64,000 bases of DNA from Octopus bimaculoides (taxonomy: Eukaryota): positions 31,370,121-31,434,120 of the forward strand of contig NC_068985.1 in assembly GCF_001194135.2 (NCBI RefSeq), read 5' to 3'. The first letter of the stretch is position 1, and each line of letters starts with the position of its first letter. The notes under the pieces are model-generated. The model did not search any database, was not told the origin of the DNA, and was given only the letters and a program-made list of their open reading frames with translations. Shown one piece after another: positions 49,801 through 62,109 of this stretch. The position numbers and the translations under genes were made by a program.

Positions 49801-50416
49801 TACCCTACTTTGTAATTGATTTTGATGTGAACTGATTGCCGATTGCGCACGAGAAGCTTACTGTGATAGCTGCATGATACTTTGAACCAATATTTTATAC
49901 TACTCATTTACGCACACACACACATGTAGGAGCTCTCTAAGCCCTGTTTAACTGAAATTCGAAACCGAATCTACACGCTTGTTGCTTCTGATTCCTTTGT
50001 GTTTTATCGCCATGCTGATCTGACCTCCTAGGACCTTTGCTGGTCACTAAAGGGTCAGTCCTTTGTTTTAGGTTTGACCTACTTCCTGGCCATACCCTAT
50101 ATAACTCTCTCTTTTTTCTTCAGTCCAATCGGCTGGCACAGAACACACGTTCGTGTCAGCCGTTAACCAGGTGCAATAGCATCGGCCGATTCGGAAAGGG
50201 GCATCGCAACCTTACCCTTTCTTCCTCCCTGTCAGCAGAAGGCATAGATCACACACAACCAACAACCAGAGAGCCAGCAACACATCAACACTATTGTCAA
50301 TTACTATGTATATTTTACTAACTACGGATCTAGTCTTTCTCGCACGCAAAATGAGGCCCCTCAATTTTGGTGTATCGATGCAACTCTGAATTTTGATTAC
50401 GATCAACCAATTAGTT

Positions 50417-50992
50417 GGATCTATTTTAAAACGGGGGCGCCAGTTTTCATTTGTTTTATGTAGTGTTTTTGGTACGGAAAGACTTTCAAACTTCGTATAC
50501 TTATCTATTTTGTGTTATAGAACAGAAAAATATTTTTGTATTCGAATTTATTTCATGTAAAAAATTGTCTTATTTCGATAATTTCTACTAATCACTGACG
50601 TCTATTCAGTTGAAAACAGTTAGCGCTGTAACGGTGTATATCGTATTAATCCCCTAACTAGACTGTTAACCGTAACCGTAACCCTAACTCGAGAATCCGA
50701 ACTCTAAAATTGTTACACACATAGATACGCACAGCGTAATTTATTATATAAACAATATATGCGTATAAATTACGATTAAACCGGATGAAATATGGCACAG
50801 GGAATAACATTTTTATGACCGCCCAGCAGTGATTGGTTGAAATTACAGAAATACGACAACTTTCACATGGAATAATTTGCGAATTCCTTTTTTTTGTTAA
50901 GAAGATGTTTTATATGACACATTCTACCAGTGTCCCAAGTTTCAAAGTGTTTCGTTAAGAAAATACTGGCGCCCCCGTTTTAAAATAGAGCC
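50417..50992. mobile_element. GGATCT-family MITE copy 1, nested in another repeat
   Basis: About 28-bp TIR GGATCTATTTTAAAACGGGGGCGCCAGT (one mismatch); degenerate TSD AATTAGTT/AATTAATC; flanks join into a repeat also seen at about 55880-56120. Confidence 0.85.
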
Positions 50993-51519
50993 AATTAATC
51001 TCGTAAATTAAAGAATGGGATGTTATTTGGAATTAAAGTTAGGAAATTTGGTTGATTTTAGCCAATCAACAGACAGCGTGGCATTAGCAGCTTGTTACCA
51101 TGACGACCGCATGCTATATGCTGTTGTCTGTTAATTTTTCACACTTGATTCTTCAAACCACGAGATTCTTTTCACCCGCATGTTTTGTTTTAATTTTTCT
51201 GTGTTTGTAAATTATATATTTTTCTGTGCTTCTGTGTTAGTATTTTTCTGTACTTTTTCTGTGTTAGTATTTTTAGATATTATTCATTTCATTTCATATA
51301 TTTTTGGAACTCATTGACTCAGCTGGATTTATGATTTCACTAGGTTAATTTTATTCATAAAAATTTTAATTAGGAGTATTTCTTAGGTCAATTTTATTCA
51401 TAAAAATTTTAATTAGGAGTATTTCTTAAACCGTTAGCTTCACATTTCAACAGCTTAAATTAAATTTAACCCACGTAACAGGAACTGAGAGGGATATCGT
51501 GGAACAGAGAAAGTGTTTG

Positions 51520-52081
51520 GGATCTTTTTTAAAACGGGGGCCACATTTTTCATTAATGTTTTACGTAGTGTTTTTGGTACGGAAAGACTTTCAAACTTCG
51601 TATACTTATCTATTTTGTGTTATAGAACAGAAAAATATTTTTGTATTCGAATTTATTTCATGTAAAAAATTGTCATATTTCGATAATTTCAACCAATCAC
51701 TGACAAGTATTCAGTTGTTTACATTTACTCCTTGGCTGATTAAGCGATGTAAAGCGTATTTAATCTCCATACCTTCGTTTTATTTGCTTTTTTCATTTTA
51801 AATTTGCTTTAACCCTAACCCTAGGGTTAGGGTTAGGGTTAATTGTTTCAGAATCGTTTGTTTATGTAGTCGGCACTTAATGTATATCGGCTGAATGGAC
51901 GTCAGTGATTGGTTGAAATTACAGAAATACGACAACTTTAACATGGAATAATTTATGGATTTCTTTTTTTTTTTAAGAAGACTAAGAGAAAAAGATGTTT
52001 TATATGACACATTCTACCAGTGTTCCAAGTTTCAAAGTGTTTCGTTAATGAAAAATGTGGCCCCCGTTTTAAAAAAGATCC
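51520..52081. mobile_element. GGATCT-family MITE copy 2, perfect 37-bp TIR, 8-bp TSD
   Basis: GGATCTTTTTTAAAACGGGGGCCACATTTTTCATTAA at both ends; AGTGTTTG at 51512-51519 and 52082-52089. Confidence 0.92.
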
Positions 52082-52563
52082 AGTGTTTGTGATACAGCTA
52101 ATTTGAGATTTTTGAATTCTGCATGCAAAAACGTATAAGATACAGGTATTCTTCTCTTTGGGACAAATTCTTTGTTGATCAGTGTTATTCTTATCGTAGT
52201 TTACAAATCCAAGCATGAAAACAACGAAGAGACAAAAGAAACAGTAAGATAATACATGTTGATTTTATTAGGTATTTCTGTTTAGGTAAATTTTCAGATT
52301 AACACCCGCACGATTTTCACTAGGGTGTTAGGGCTTTAGGATCAGGGTTAGTGAATTCCGTCCCTAACCCTCAGTTTCTCTACATACTCCTACTCCTTCT
52401 CCCTCCTATCAAGTTCACTCACCTTCACAACCTCTCTCCTCCCTGTCACTCATCTAGCATTCCATTTTGAGCATACCTTCTACGCATACATATTATCTAA
52501 TTTTAGGGATTCAACAGAATCAAAGCACATCAACACATAGGATGTTGGAATAGCTAGGCACGA

Positions 52564-54312
52564 TGGCGGAATTCTGGTTTAAGCACCCCATATAACTTTT
52601 TTATTTTGGGGAATTTTCAGAAAAATTTTGTGAATTGGTGTTCTGCACACGGGAATTCATACGATTATGCAGATTTTAAAATTAATTTTTGTAATCCCCA
52701 CCCCTCATTAAATCCTAAAATGGCAGAGACGGACTATATGTAATCTGAACCTCCCCCCCCTTATTTATTTTTTTTACGGAATCCCACGTTTTAGGCTATG
52801 AAGATTCCGATTCTGAAAAAAAATTGTTTGAAAAATTTCAATTCCCCACCCCCACCAAGCAGGCTATTTACATGCTAGAAATAACAGCCAAATCTCACAA
52901 AACTAGTGTTAGGGTTAGGGTTAGGTTTACAGTGTGGATCTATATAAAAACCGGGGGTGGGGGAGTCAAAATTTTGAAATTGAGATTTTTGAAAATTTTT
53001 TTTCAGAATTGGAATCTCCATAGCCTAAAACGTGGGATTCCGTAAAAAAAAAAATAAGGGGGGAAAGGTTCAGATTACATATAGTCCATCTGGACCGTAC
53101 AGACAGTCCAAATCTGCCATTTATGGCTACAAGTTGAGAAAGTTTCATAAATACAGAATATATTTTTAACAAGTTGAAAGAACGAAAGGACATCTTTTTC
53201 TCTCTCTCGGTCACCGACCATCGCTTTCTTTCTTTGCCCATGTGCTTTTCACTCGACATTTCTTCACATCAAATTGAAAGATAGCCCCATTTATTTCTGT
53301 TTATAATTTCAAAATAACTTTGAGATCCAAGTTCAAAAAGTTAAAAATATTCGCACATAAGCACGGCCTATTATACCATCTAGGGTATTCCTTCGTTTTG
53401 ACTCGATTTTTGGAACATGTGTTGTCTTATCAACTGTCAGTTGACGAAATGGGAAAAGCTAATGGGTTGTACGTGCGTGCGTGCGCGTGCTTGTTCCTCT
53501 GTTTAAGCACGTACGCGCACACAGAGATGAACAAGCACGCATGCACACACACACAAAGAACAAGCACATCATATAACAGGTCATAACTTTTGTACTTTTT
53601 GGTATTTTCAGAAAGGTTTGCAAATTTGTGTTCAACGCACTGGACCTCGCACGATTATGTAAGAAAAAAAATTAACAAATTAGACTTAACCCGTATCGAA
53701 AAGCTTGAAGTCATTGCCTGAATTTATCCACAGTGATTTAAAAAAAAAAAAGGTATATAAAAGATAATGGTTAATGTTTACAACTTACCTGGAAACGAAA
53801 ATCAATATATTTTTCTGTTAGTAAATGTTCTCTTCTTATAAGCCGAATGGGGATATGAATTACAAAAAAAAATTATGCTTAAATCTGAGCAATGGACAAC
53901 CCTTGAACGCATCATCATGCTGTTAAATGTATTCATGAGGAGAAAATATTGAAAAACATTAATACATGTCAGAATGACAAAGAAACGAGGGAAGTGGCAG
54001 GTGGTTGTGGGATGTGCTAAAAGCAACAGCTAAATTTCTTTAAATCACACACCTTTTCGTCTGAAAATTACTTTGAAATTATAAACAGAAACAAATGGCA
54101 GATTTGGACTGTCTGTATTTTAAAACTATGATGAAAAAAAATTCGAGGAAGAGTGGAAATTTTAGGATTTATAGTAGGAGGGGATTAAAAGGTTAAAAAA
54201 AAATCGTATCAATTTCCACATGTAGAACACAAATTCGCAAAAATTTTCTGAAAATCCCCCCCCCCCCAAGTTATGAGGGGTTATATGGAGTGCTTAAACC
54301 AGAATTCCGTCA
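52564..54312. mobile_element. Composite non-autonomous DNA transposon with nested inverted repeats
   Basis: Outer TIR TGGCGGAATTCTGGTTTAAGCACCCCATATAAC; CGA on both flanks (tentative TSD); internal foldback at 52731-53087. Confidence 0.75.
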
Positions 54313-54489
54313 CGATAACATAGAGCTCACAGTCAATTAAACAACATGAAATATATCAAGTATTGTGAGAATATCGTAAATTGTAGATCCGACTGTACCA
54401 ACTTTTTGCTCGTTAATACAATGAATCAACGGCGCTATTGTTCACAAAATGCTAAATAAACTTTTACTCTTTAGAAGTAAAGGTACTAA

Positions 54490-54762
54490 GGGACGTAACT
54501 GAAATTAAAATAGGCGCCGGTGACTCACAATCTTGTGGTTGTCTGGAAATCTAACTTTTCAGCGTAAGTCACACAAATCATAATTTTTATATTGAAATCG
54601 TCGTATCTTCTACTTGTATTTTTTTCTTTTTACAGCTTCTTTTTCACAAGCATTGTTATGCAATTAATTTCTGTGCTATTTTATTCGATTGTCTATTAGA
54701 GCCATATACCGTTGGATTGCAGTTGATCTATTCAAATTTGAATGTGTATCCGAACACTGGAA
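54490..54762 (+). promoter_or_regulatory. Candidate ANAPC13 5' non-coding exon(s)
   Basis: Short CpG-containing stretch; CAGC|GTAAGT donor at 54564; ttttcttttacag acceptor at 54635; weaker GAA|GTAATC donor at 54763. ANAPC13 needs an upstream exon because of the acceptor at 59145. Confidence 0.35.
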
Positions 54763-54780
54763 GTAATCAGTTGGGATTTT

Positions 54781-55356
54781 GGCACTATCATGCTATTATT
54801 AGCTGTCAGAAGTGAAAGTGCTCACTGCTAGTGAAGTATCTGTCTGTCTGCCTGCATGCCTGTTGATTCTTTGGCTACTGACAGCTAATACCATGACTGG
54901 CCGGAGCGAGCTATATGTCTGTCTGTCTCTCTCTCTCTCTATCTATCTATTACTCGAAAGTTCCCGCGTCCGCGCTAGCTAGTCGTGAGTGGTCGATCCT
55001 ATTATTTTTAAACTTCAAACTTCATTTGTTTTCTATTTTGATAAATTCTCTCTGTTGAAAATTATATTTTTATATTTTAAATAATTTGCAATTTCAGGAA
55101 ATATGTTTTTATATTAAATTTGTGTTTTCTACTCACGACTAGCTAGCGCGGACGCGCGAACTTTCGAGTAATAGATAGATAGATAGATATAGAGACAGAC
55201 AGACAGACAGATAGCTCGCTCCGGCCAGTCATGGTATTAGCTGTCAGTAGCCAAAGAATCGACAGGCCAGCAACAGGCATACAGGCAGACAGACAGATAC
55301 TTCACTAGCAGGCAGTGAGCACTTTCACTTCTGACAGCTAATAGCATGATAGTGCC
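54781..55356. mobile_element. Long-armed foldback element with 8-bp TSD
   Basis: Arms 54781-54990 and 55131-55356 are reverse complements with a few indels; GGGATTTT at 54773-54780 and 55357-55364. Confidence 0.92.
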
Positions 55357-55574
55357 GGGATTTTATATAAATTAGAAAGTCTTAAGGAAGAATGTATGAC
55401 GTGAAAACAGGAGTTGTATTAAAATTCAATCTTAAAGTTAGGCACTCTGACATACCTACACAATTGTGCTCCACCCGCCTTTGTTTTCTCAAGAGATATA
55501 TACGTGATGTGTGTGTGTCCGTATGTATGCCTGACAAACCAATTTCGTTTCTTCTCAACTTCCTCAAAAATGGC

Positions 55575-55885
55575 CATTTCCTTATGAAATTTTCTACAAG
55601 TACCTTTCAGACGGTGTGAATAACGATTATATCAGAATTTAATGTGAAAAAAAGGAGAAAAAAAAAACCGCAGGCTCGCACACATACATACTGACACACA
55701 TGACATATCTACAAAATGAAACTTGAAATTTCGAAAAAAATTGGGCCAAAAATTGTGATGTATGTATGCATACATACATGCAGGCATGCCCAACAATATA
55801 TTTTTCACATTAAATTCTGATGTAGTGATAATGAACACCATCTGAAAGGTATTTTGTAGAAATTTTATTCATCAAAAAAGATGGA
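55575..55885. mobile_element. Older MITE-like inverted repeat
   Basis: TACCTTTCAGACGGTGT...TCAGAATTTAATGTGAAAA pairs with TTTTCACATTAAATTCTGA...ACACCATCTGAAAGGTA; ends and TSD unclear. Confidence 0.6.
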
Positions 55886-56999
55886 TCTAGTTAAATTCAT
55901 TAACAAAATTAGCCCTCTTTAATTTTGCTCAGATTGTTTTCAATTTTGGTGTATTGATGCAGTTCTGAATTTTGATTTCGCTCGACTTATTACTTTATCC
56001 CGTAAATTAAAGAATCTGAAGTTATTTGGAATTAAAGTTGGGAAAATTTTGGTAATTTTAACCAACCAACAGACAGCGAAGCATTAACAGCTTGTTACCA
56101 TAACAATCGCACGTTGTGTGGATTCTTCAAGTCGGACCAGAATGAACCATTCTGTATTTTTATTGGATTAATTGGGAAATCTCATAAGGAATCGGTTTAT
56201 CGATTTTTCCATTCATCGATTGNNNNNNNNNNNNNNNNNNNNNNNNNNNNNNNNNNNNNNNNNNNNNNNNNNNNNNNNNNNNNNNNNNNNNNNNNNNNNN
56301 NNNNNNNNNNNNNNNNNNNNNNNNNNNNNNNNNNNNNNNNNNNNNNNNNNNNNNNNNNNNNNNNNNNNNNNNNNNNNNNNNNNNNNNNNNNNNNNNNNNN
56401 NNNNNNNNNNNNNNNNNNNNNNNNNNNNNNNNNNNNNNNNNNNNNNNNNNNNNNNNNNNNNNNNNNNNNNNNNNNNNNNNNNNNNNNNNNNNNNNNNNNN
56501 NNNNNNNNNNNNNNNNNNNNNNNNNNNNNNNNNNNNNNNNNNNNNNNNNNNNNNNNNNNNNNNNNNNNNNNNNNNNNNNNNNNNNNNNNNNNNNNNNNNN
56601 NNNNNNNNNNNNNNNNNNNNNNNNNNNNNNNNNNNNNNNNNNNNNNNNNNNNNNNNNNNNNNNNNNNNNNNNNNNNNNNNNNNNNNNNNNNNNNNNNNNN
56701 NNNNNNNNNNNNNNNNNNNNNNNNNNNNNACCCCTTGGCCCATGGGTTGGGAACCTTTACTGCAAGGAAAATAGAACACCCAAAAGGTCTCTCAATCCTC
56801 TGTGTCAGAAGAGGTTATGTTTGGATCACAACTAAGCCTTAACCTAACCCTAAGCTAACCTAGCGAAGGGGGGCTCGGGAGCCTCTAAAAGGCAGCAACT
56901 ACTCCCAATCTAGGAGTACTATCGGTCAAGGCTGCATCGAAGATATGCATTGGAGAAGGTTGCCTCGAAGATCTGCATTGGAGAAAGTTTGCACACTAT

Positions 57000-57175
57000 T
57001 ATCATCATCATCATTTAACGTCCGCTTTCCATGCTAGCATGGGTTGGACGATTTGACTGAGGACTGGCGAACCAGATGGCTGCATCAGGTTCCAATCTGA
57101 TCTGGCATAGTTTCTACAGCTGGATGCCCTTCCTAACGCCAACCACTCCGAGAGTGTAGTGGGTGCTTTTACGTT
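57000..57175 (-). mobile_element. RTE-tailed SINE
   Basis: Same (CAT)n-TTAACGTCCGCTTTCCATGC block as at 1949. Confidence 0.8.
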
Positions 57176-57959
57176 TGCATTAACAAATCAACACTGGTTG
57201 CCAACTGATATGGGACAAACACACACACATGAAAGGCTTTTCAGGTTCCATCTACCAATTCCACTCACAAGGCTTTGATTGGCCCAAGGCTATAGTAGAA
57301 GACACTTGTGCAAGGTGTCATGTAATGGGACTGAACCCAAAACCATGTGTTTGTTTCTTATCACACTGCCATGCCTTTGCCTATCTTAAAAAGGACATGT
57401 TGATCATTGTAGTCTTACATATGCAAAAGGGCTACCAAATCTTAACTTGCCTTATAACTTATATCAATGACCGAAGTAGATTGACCTGGCTCATAAAAAA
57501 AGGGGTGTTTGTAAAGTTTTGTTATGAGAATTCATAATTGCAGCACCATTTATTGTACTTTATTAAAGTAAATTTCATACATAAAATAAGTTTCAGAAAC
57601 TTTACTTCCATTTCATTTCTTAATTTTCTTTTAAGCTTTTGCAATAAATTAAAAGAGATTCAGCTTCAGATGTAAATTGTTTTGATGCACCCAAACATTC
57701 CATCAGTTTGGAAGCTGAATTGTATTCTTTGATTGGGTAAGAACATTTCAAATAGAGAAAAGGGTATACATTTCTTAGATTTTCAAAACTTTTTGGTAAT
57801 GTTTATTTCAGTTGTTTGAATTGTTATGATTGAAGTGAGTGTTCTAATACCTTGATGATGAGGAGGTGGAAAGTGAAGTGTTCCTAGTAGTTTAGTTGAT
57901 AAAACATGAGGTATGGTCAGTGTTAAAGTTTTGAAAATTAAATGACCACATGGGCAGTG

Positions 57960-58300
57960 AGACCAAAGATATATGTAGGCAGGCCTTGTGAAAGTGGAGA
58001 CAATTGATAGGAGCTCCTACAATTGTTGATTTGAACTCGGCCTACCTACAGATTCATATGGATGAGAAAGTGTGAAAATAGTAGCTGGTAGAATATAATA
58101 GCAAGACTAGGATGGTGGCTCAGACTGAACCTCTTGCTAAACATCATAGCAACAATACTTGAGACAATATTGGGAGAAGTGGGGTTTCTAACTTCTACAG
58201 AGATGAAAAGAAGATAAGGCCAACATCCTAGTCCTACAAAGATCACAGAGGGAGTGACATCTGGTTTGGTGGATGAATGTCTATGAAATGGTGTGAGTTG
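57960..58300 (+). mobile_element. Decayed Gypsy-like reverse transcriptase remnant
   Basis: Frame IVDLNSAYLQIHMDEKV*K**LVEYNSKT resembles the LTR-RT DLKSAYLQI motif. Confidence 0.45.
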
Positions 58301-59158
58301 GGAATTAAGCTGGATTTATTTTTTTATTGTAGATAGTTAAACAGAAAATGATTTTTGTTAACTTGCTGCCATGTGAAGTGTTCTTTAGATCAGGTGGGGG
58401 CATATGATGTGATGATTGGATGTAGAAGGTAAAAGTAATATCAGGAAAGCTAGGGCGCTTGGTGTTGAAGAAGGAAACCATTTCCATGTTTTTCGGGTCA
58501 TTAGAATTATGAAATTCTGCTTGTTTTAAGAACTGGTGGGTTATTTTCTTTCCTTTATGGGTTCCCTTGATTAGGAAGACATTACAACCAGATTATTTTG
58601 TTGTTCACCTACCTTTTCAACCACAGTGTTATAAAATAATAAAAGTCTTTCAGACTTAGTTGACAGTCAACAAAAGCATGAGACACAGCTGACTAAAGTG
58701 AATAACACACGTTATTCGTTTGTTTAATATCAGTTTTTCCATGCTGGCATGGCTTAGATGGGAAGGTATTTGTGACAGAAATTTTACTGTTGGATGCTCT
58801 CGCTTTTGCCAACTTTTACCTATTTTTCAAATAAGTGTTTTTTTTTATTCTGGAGGAATTCAAAAGTGTAGAAATAGGAGACAATTTGTTGTCAATCAGC
58901 AATTTTGGAATTGTTTAACATGAAATGTAGTCTTCTATATAAATGTGAACGATATTTTAAAATTTTCGTTTTCAAAAATATTAAAATCATTTAATTTTCA
59001 TTCTTTCAAAAAGGATTTCAGATTTGGAAATTACTAGCGAGGGAAAATTGAATATAATGTTAAAGTTCTAGAGACTTGTATACCAATTTTTAATACTTAA
59101 TTGGAAAAACATTAAATATAACTTGCCTTCATTTTTTTTTTTCAGTGGGCTATTACAT

Positions 59159-59386
59159 ATGGATAGTCAAATTACCATTGAGGGTCGTATGATTGACCTT
59201 ATTGATGAGAAATGGCGAGAAGATAAACTGCCAATGGAAGATGTGGCTGTACCCCAGATGGAGCTCCCTGAATTGGAACCTGACAATGGTCCCACTATTG
59301 AGACTCTGCATGAACAAGAGCAGAAATGGTCTGACTTGAGTTTACATACATTTAATCCTTTACCAATGAGTGGGGGAGACAAGTAA
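59159..59386 (+). CDS. ANAPC13: Anaphase-promoting complex subunit 13, 75 aa, single coding exon
   Basis: MDSQITIEGRMIDLIDEKWREDKLPMEDVAVPQMELPELEPDNG...EQEQKWSDLSL matches the Apc13 pattern (human MDSEVQRDGRILDLIDDAWREDKLPYEDV...EQEMKWTDLAL, from memory). Poly-T/ttcag acceptor at 59144-59145 lies 13 nt upstream of the ATG; AATAAA at 59534-59539. Confidence 0.93.
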   Translation: MDSQITIEGRMIDLIDEKWREDKLPMEDVAVPQMELPELEPDNGPTIETLHEQEQKWSDLSLHTFNPLPMSGGDK

Positions 59387-60384
59387 TCTGTTAAATTACG
59401 TAGTTCACTTGTATATATTTAAAAAAAATTTGACTTGGTTTGAATTTCTTTTCAAATTTTTCTTTAACCTATTTGAGAACATGCATACAACATTGTATTC
59501 ACCAGGTCTGTCATCAATTTGAAAAAAAATGTAAATAAATTTTTGAATACCTATAATTGGAAGTGGCTTGTATTTATTCTGATATTGAATTAGTCTGATG
59601 TAGCTGGCACGTTGCACTCAATAGAATGTTGTAATTTATTTGACTTTCTAGTTATGTCCCTTGCATCTATGATGGACTAATTGTTCTACAAGTTCTCAAC
59701 CGAGTTCCATGAAAGATTTTCGGGTAGTCCACGTAGCAAAATAGTAAATTGGGCACCCACAATAGTATTTTAAGGACCCCTGAAAAAAATTTCACTTTAG
59801 ATGTATGTATTGCAAGAAAAAGCTAGCTTTCCTTCTCTAACATGTTAGATAGTTCAACCTATACAGGTTAGTGTGAAAACAAAAGAGAAATTTTGAAAGA
59901 TGTTTCTTTAAAACTAGTTTTTAAACATTGAATGGCTATGGGGGTTCACCTGAATATAATAGTAATCAAAGGGGTCCATAGATAATAAAAAAATTAGAAC
60001 CCCTATTCTAGAGTTTGGGACTTGTGATCCAATACTGAAACTGAAGCTATCAGAGTAAAAGATAAGGAAATTTGGATGATGAGCAAGCAGCCAGTATAAC
60101 TTGAAGAGAAGCTTTTGGTTTGGCTCCAAATTAGTATGATGCACTGTCTACCAAGGCTAGTCTTTTGAATTACAAGTACAGTATACCTGATGGGCTTCCA
60201 AATAACTTCTGCCTAACCAATTTCACTCACAAAGCTTTATAGCAACTTGAGGTTTTGGAAGACACTTGCCCTAAATGCTGCACAATAGGAAAAAACCCTG
60301 GAGGTCATGATTGCAAAGCAAATTTCTTAATCACTTGTGTATGCTTATCTTACTGTTTCAGTCACATTTTTAATGAGTACTAAG

Positions 60385-60430
<46 letters not shown>

Positions 60431-60896
60431 AAAACTTAATGTCTATATCTATATAAAACACTTGACTTTCTGTCGTGTATCACTTATCAATAAGTGCAAC
60501 TAACTTTCATTTAAAAGTGTTGTACCATGATTTTGTTGGTTGCACCTAGTGCTACTTCAAAATAAAAAGTGGTGAGTTCATTTTCATCAATGGTATTGGC
60601 TAATTCTTGTTCTCTTTGATACTGAGCATGTCAGCAAATTCTAGAGATGCCTTCATTTTCTATTCCAGTGGATAGATATTTCTTTGTCAACAATATCACC
60701 AAGGAATATCAGTGTTGTAATACCAAATTCACATAGGGATTGCTAACTATAATTTACATGATCAGACCATCAAAGAGTAATTGAAAAATGTATTGTGTTC
60801 ATTCCCAGTTAGGTTTGTGATGAGTAAATAAGCTAGGGCTAGATGAAAGTTAACCCTTGGATAATGTGTCAACTTCTCAAATGTTTATGCAACATT

Positions 60897-61165
60897 CATC
60901 ATCATCATCATCATCGTTTAACGTCCGCCTTCCATGCTAGCATGGGTTGGACGATTTGACTGAGGACTGGTGAAACCGGATGGCAACACCAGGCTCCAAT
61001 CTAATTTGGCAGAGTTTCTACAGCTGAACGCCAACCACTCAGAGTGTAGTGGGTGCTTTTACGTGTCACCCGCACGAAAACGGCCACGCTCGAAATGGTG
61101 TCTTTTATGTGCCACCCGCACAAGAGCCAGTCCAGGGACACTGGCAAGTCCAGGGGCACTGGCAG
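60897..61165 (-). mobile_element. RTE-tailed SINE
   Basis: Near-identical to 15770-15960 in reverse. Confidence 0.8.
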
Positions 61166-62109
61166 TATAGAAACCAAAATGCATCTGTTTTGTGAATGTC
61201 TTTTAGCTATACTGGGATCTTATAATACACTGCAACAAAATCTATCTTAGAGAAGACTTGTACACCAATAAAGAAGAATAAAATCCCTGTAAGTGTGGTA
61301 TCAAGTAATTATTTGATATAGTGCTAGTATTGAGTGAACAATTGTCACTAAGTCTCTTGGAAATCACATGTAAAGGAGACAGCCTGTTGCTACCGGAGGG
61401 GTAAATTATGCCGAGTACAAACATAATTGAACCCCCAATTTAACAATATTTGAATAATCCAGATCAAGGCATCTAGCTGTAGCTTGATGTCTGAATAAGG
61501 AAATCTAACTACATGCACTACGATAATGTTGTTGTACACTGGACATGCAATGCCCGGGTATTCAAGTAGAAAGGCATGGTGCCTAAAGCTGCCTTAAGTA
61601 ACAGTGTTGAGTGAGAACATATTTGTCATGAGTCAACATATAGTATAGCTGGTCATAAAGTAAATAAGTGGATGGTGTTTAATATCCACCATCACACTGA
61701 ACTGTTGAAATTTGGTACTAATGATGGGAGGAGACAAATCTACAATGATGTACATCCATCTGAACACACATTAATGTCTAAATCTAATGTGACCTCCCAC
61801 TGTGTAGTAATGGACAAAGAGTGGTTAATGGTTATTGTTGCGAGCTGGCAGAGTTGTTAGCATGCTGGATGAAATGCTTAGTATTTTACCCATCGCTATG
61901 TTCTGAGTTCAAATTCCATTGAGGTTGACTTTACCTCTAATACTTTCGAGGTTCATAAATTAAGTGTCAATGAAACACTAGGGTTGATGTAATCAACTAG
62001 TTATCTTCCCACAAATTTCAGGCCTTGTGCCTTTAGTAGAAAGGATTATTTTGTTCATCAACTCAGTTAACTAAAGTAAAAGTTAAAGGAGCAGTATAAA
62101 AAAAAACTT

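Noticed and set aside
51343-51428. About 43-bp AT-rich tandem duplication
   Set aside because: Ordinary slippage duplication with no evident function.
51805-51845. Inverted telomeric repeats as a chromosome fusion scar
   Set aside because: Orientation is CCCTAA then TTAGGG, opposite to an end-to-end fusion, and the tract is tiny and inside a TSD-flanked MITE.
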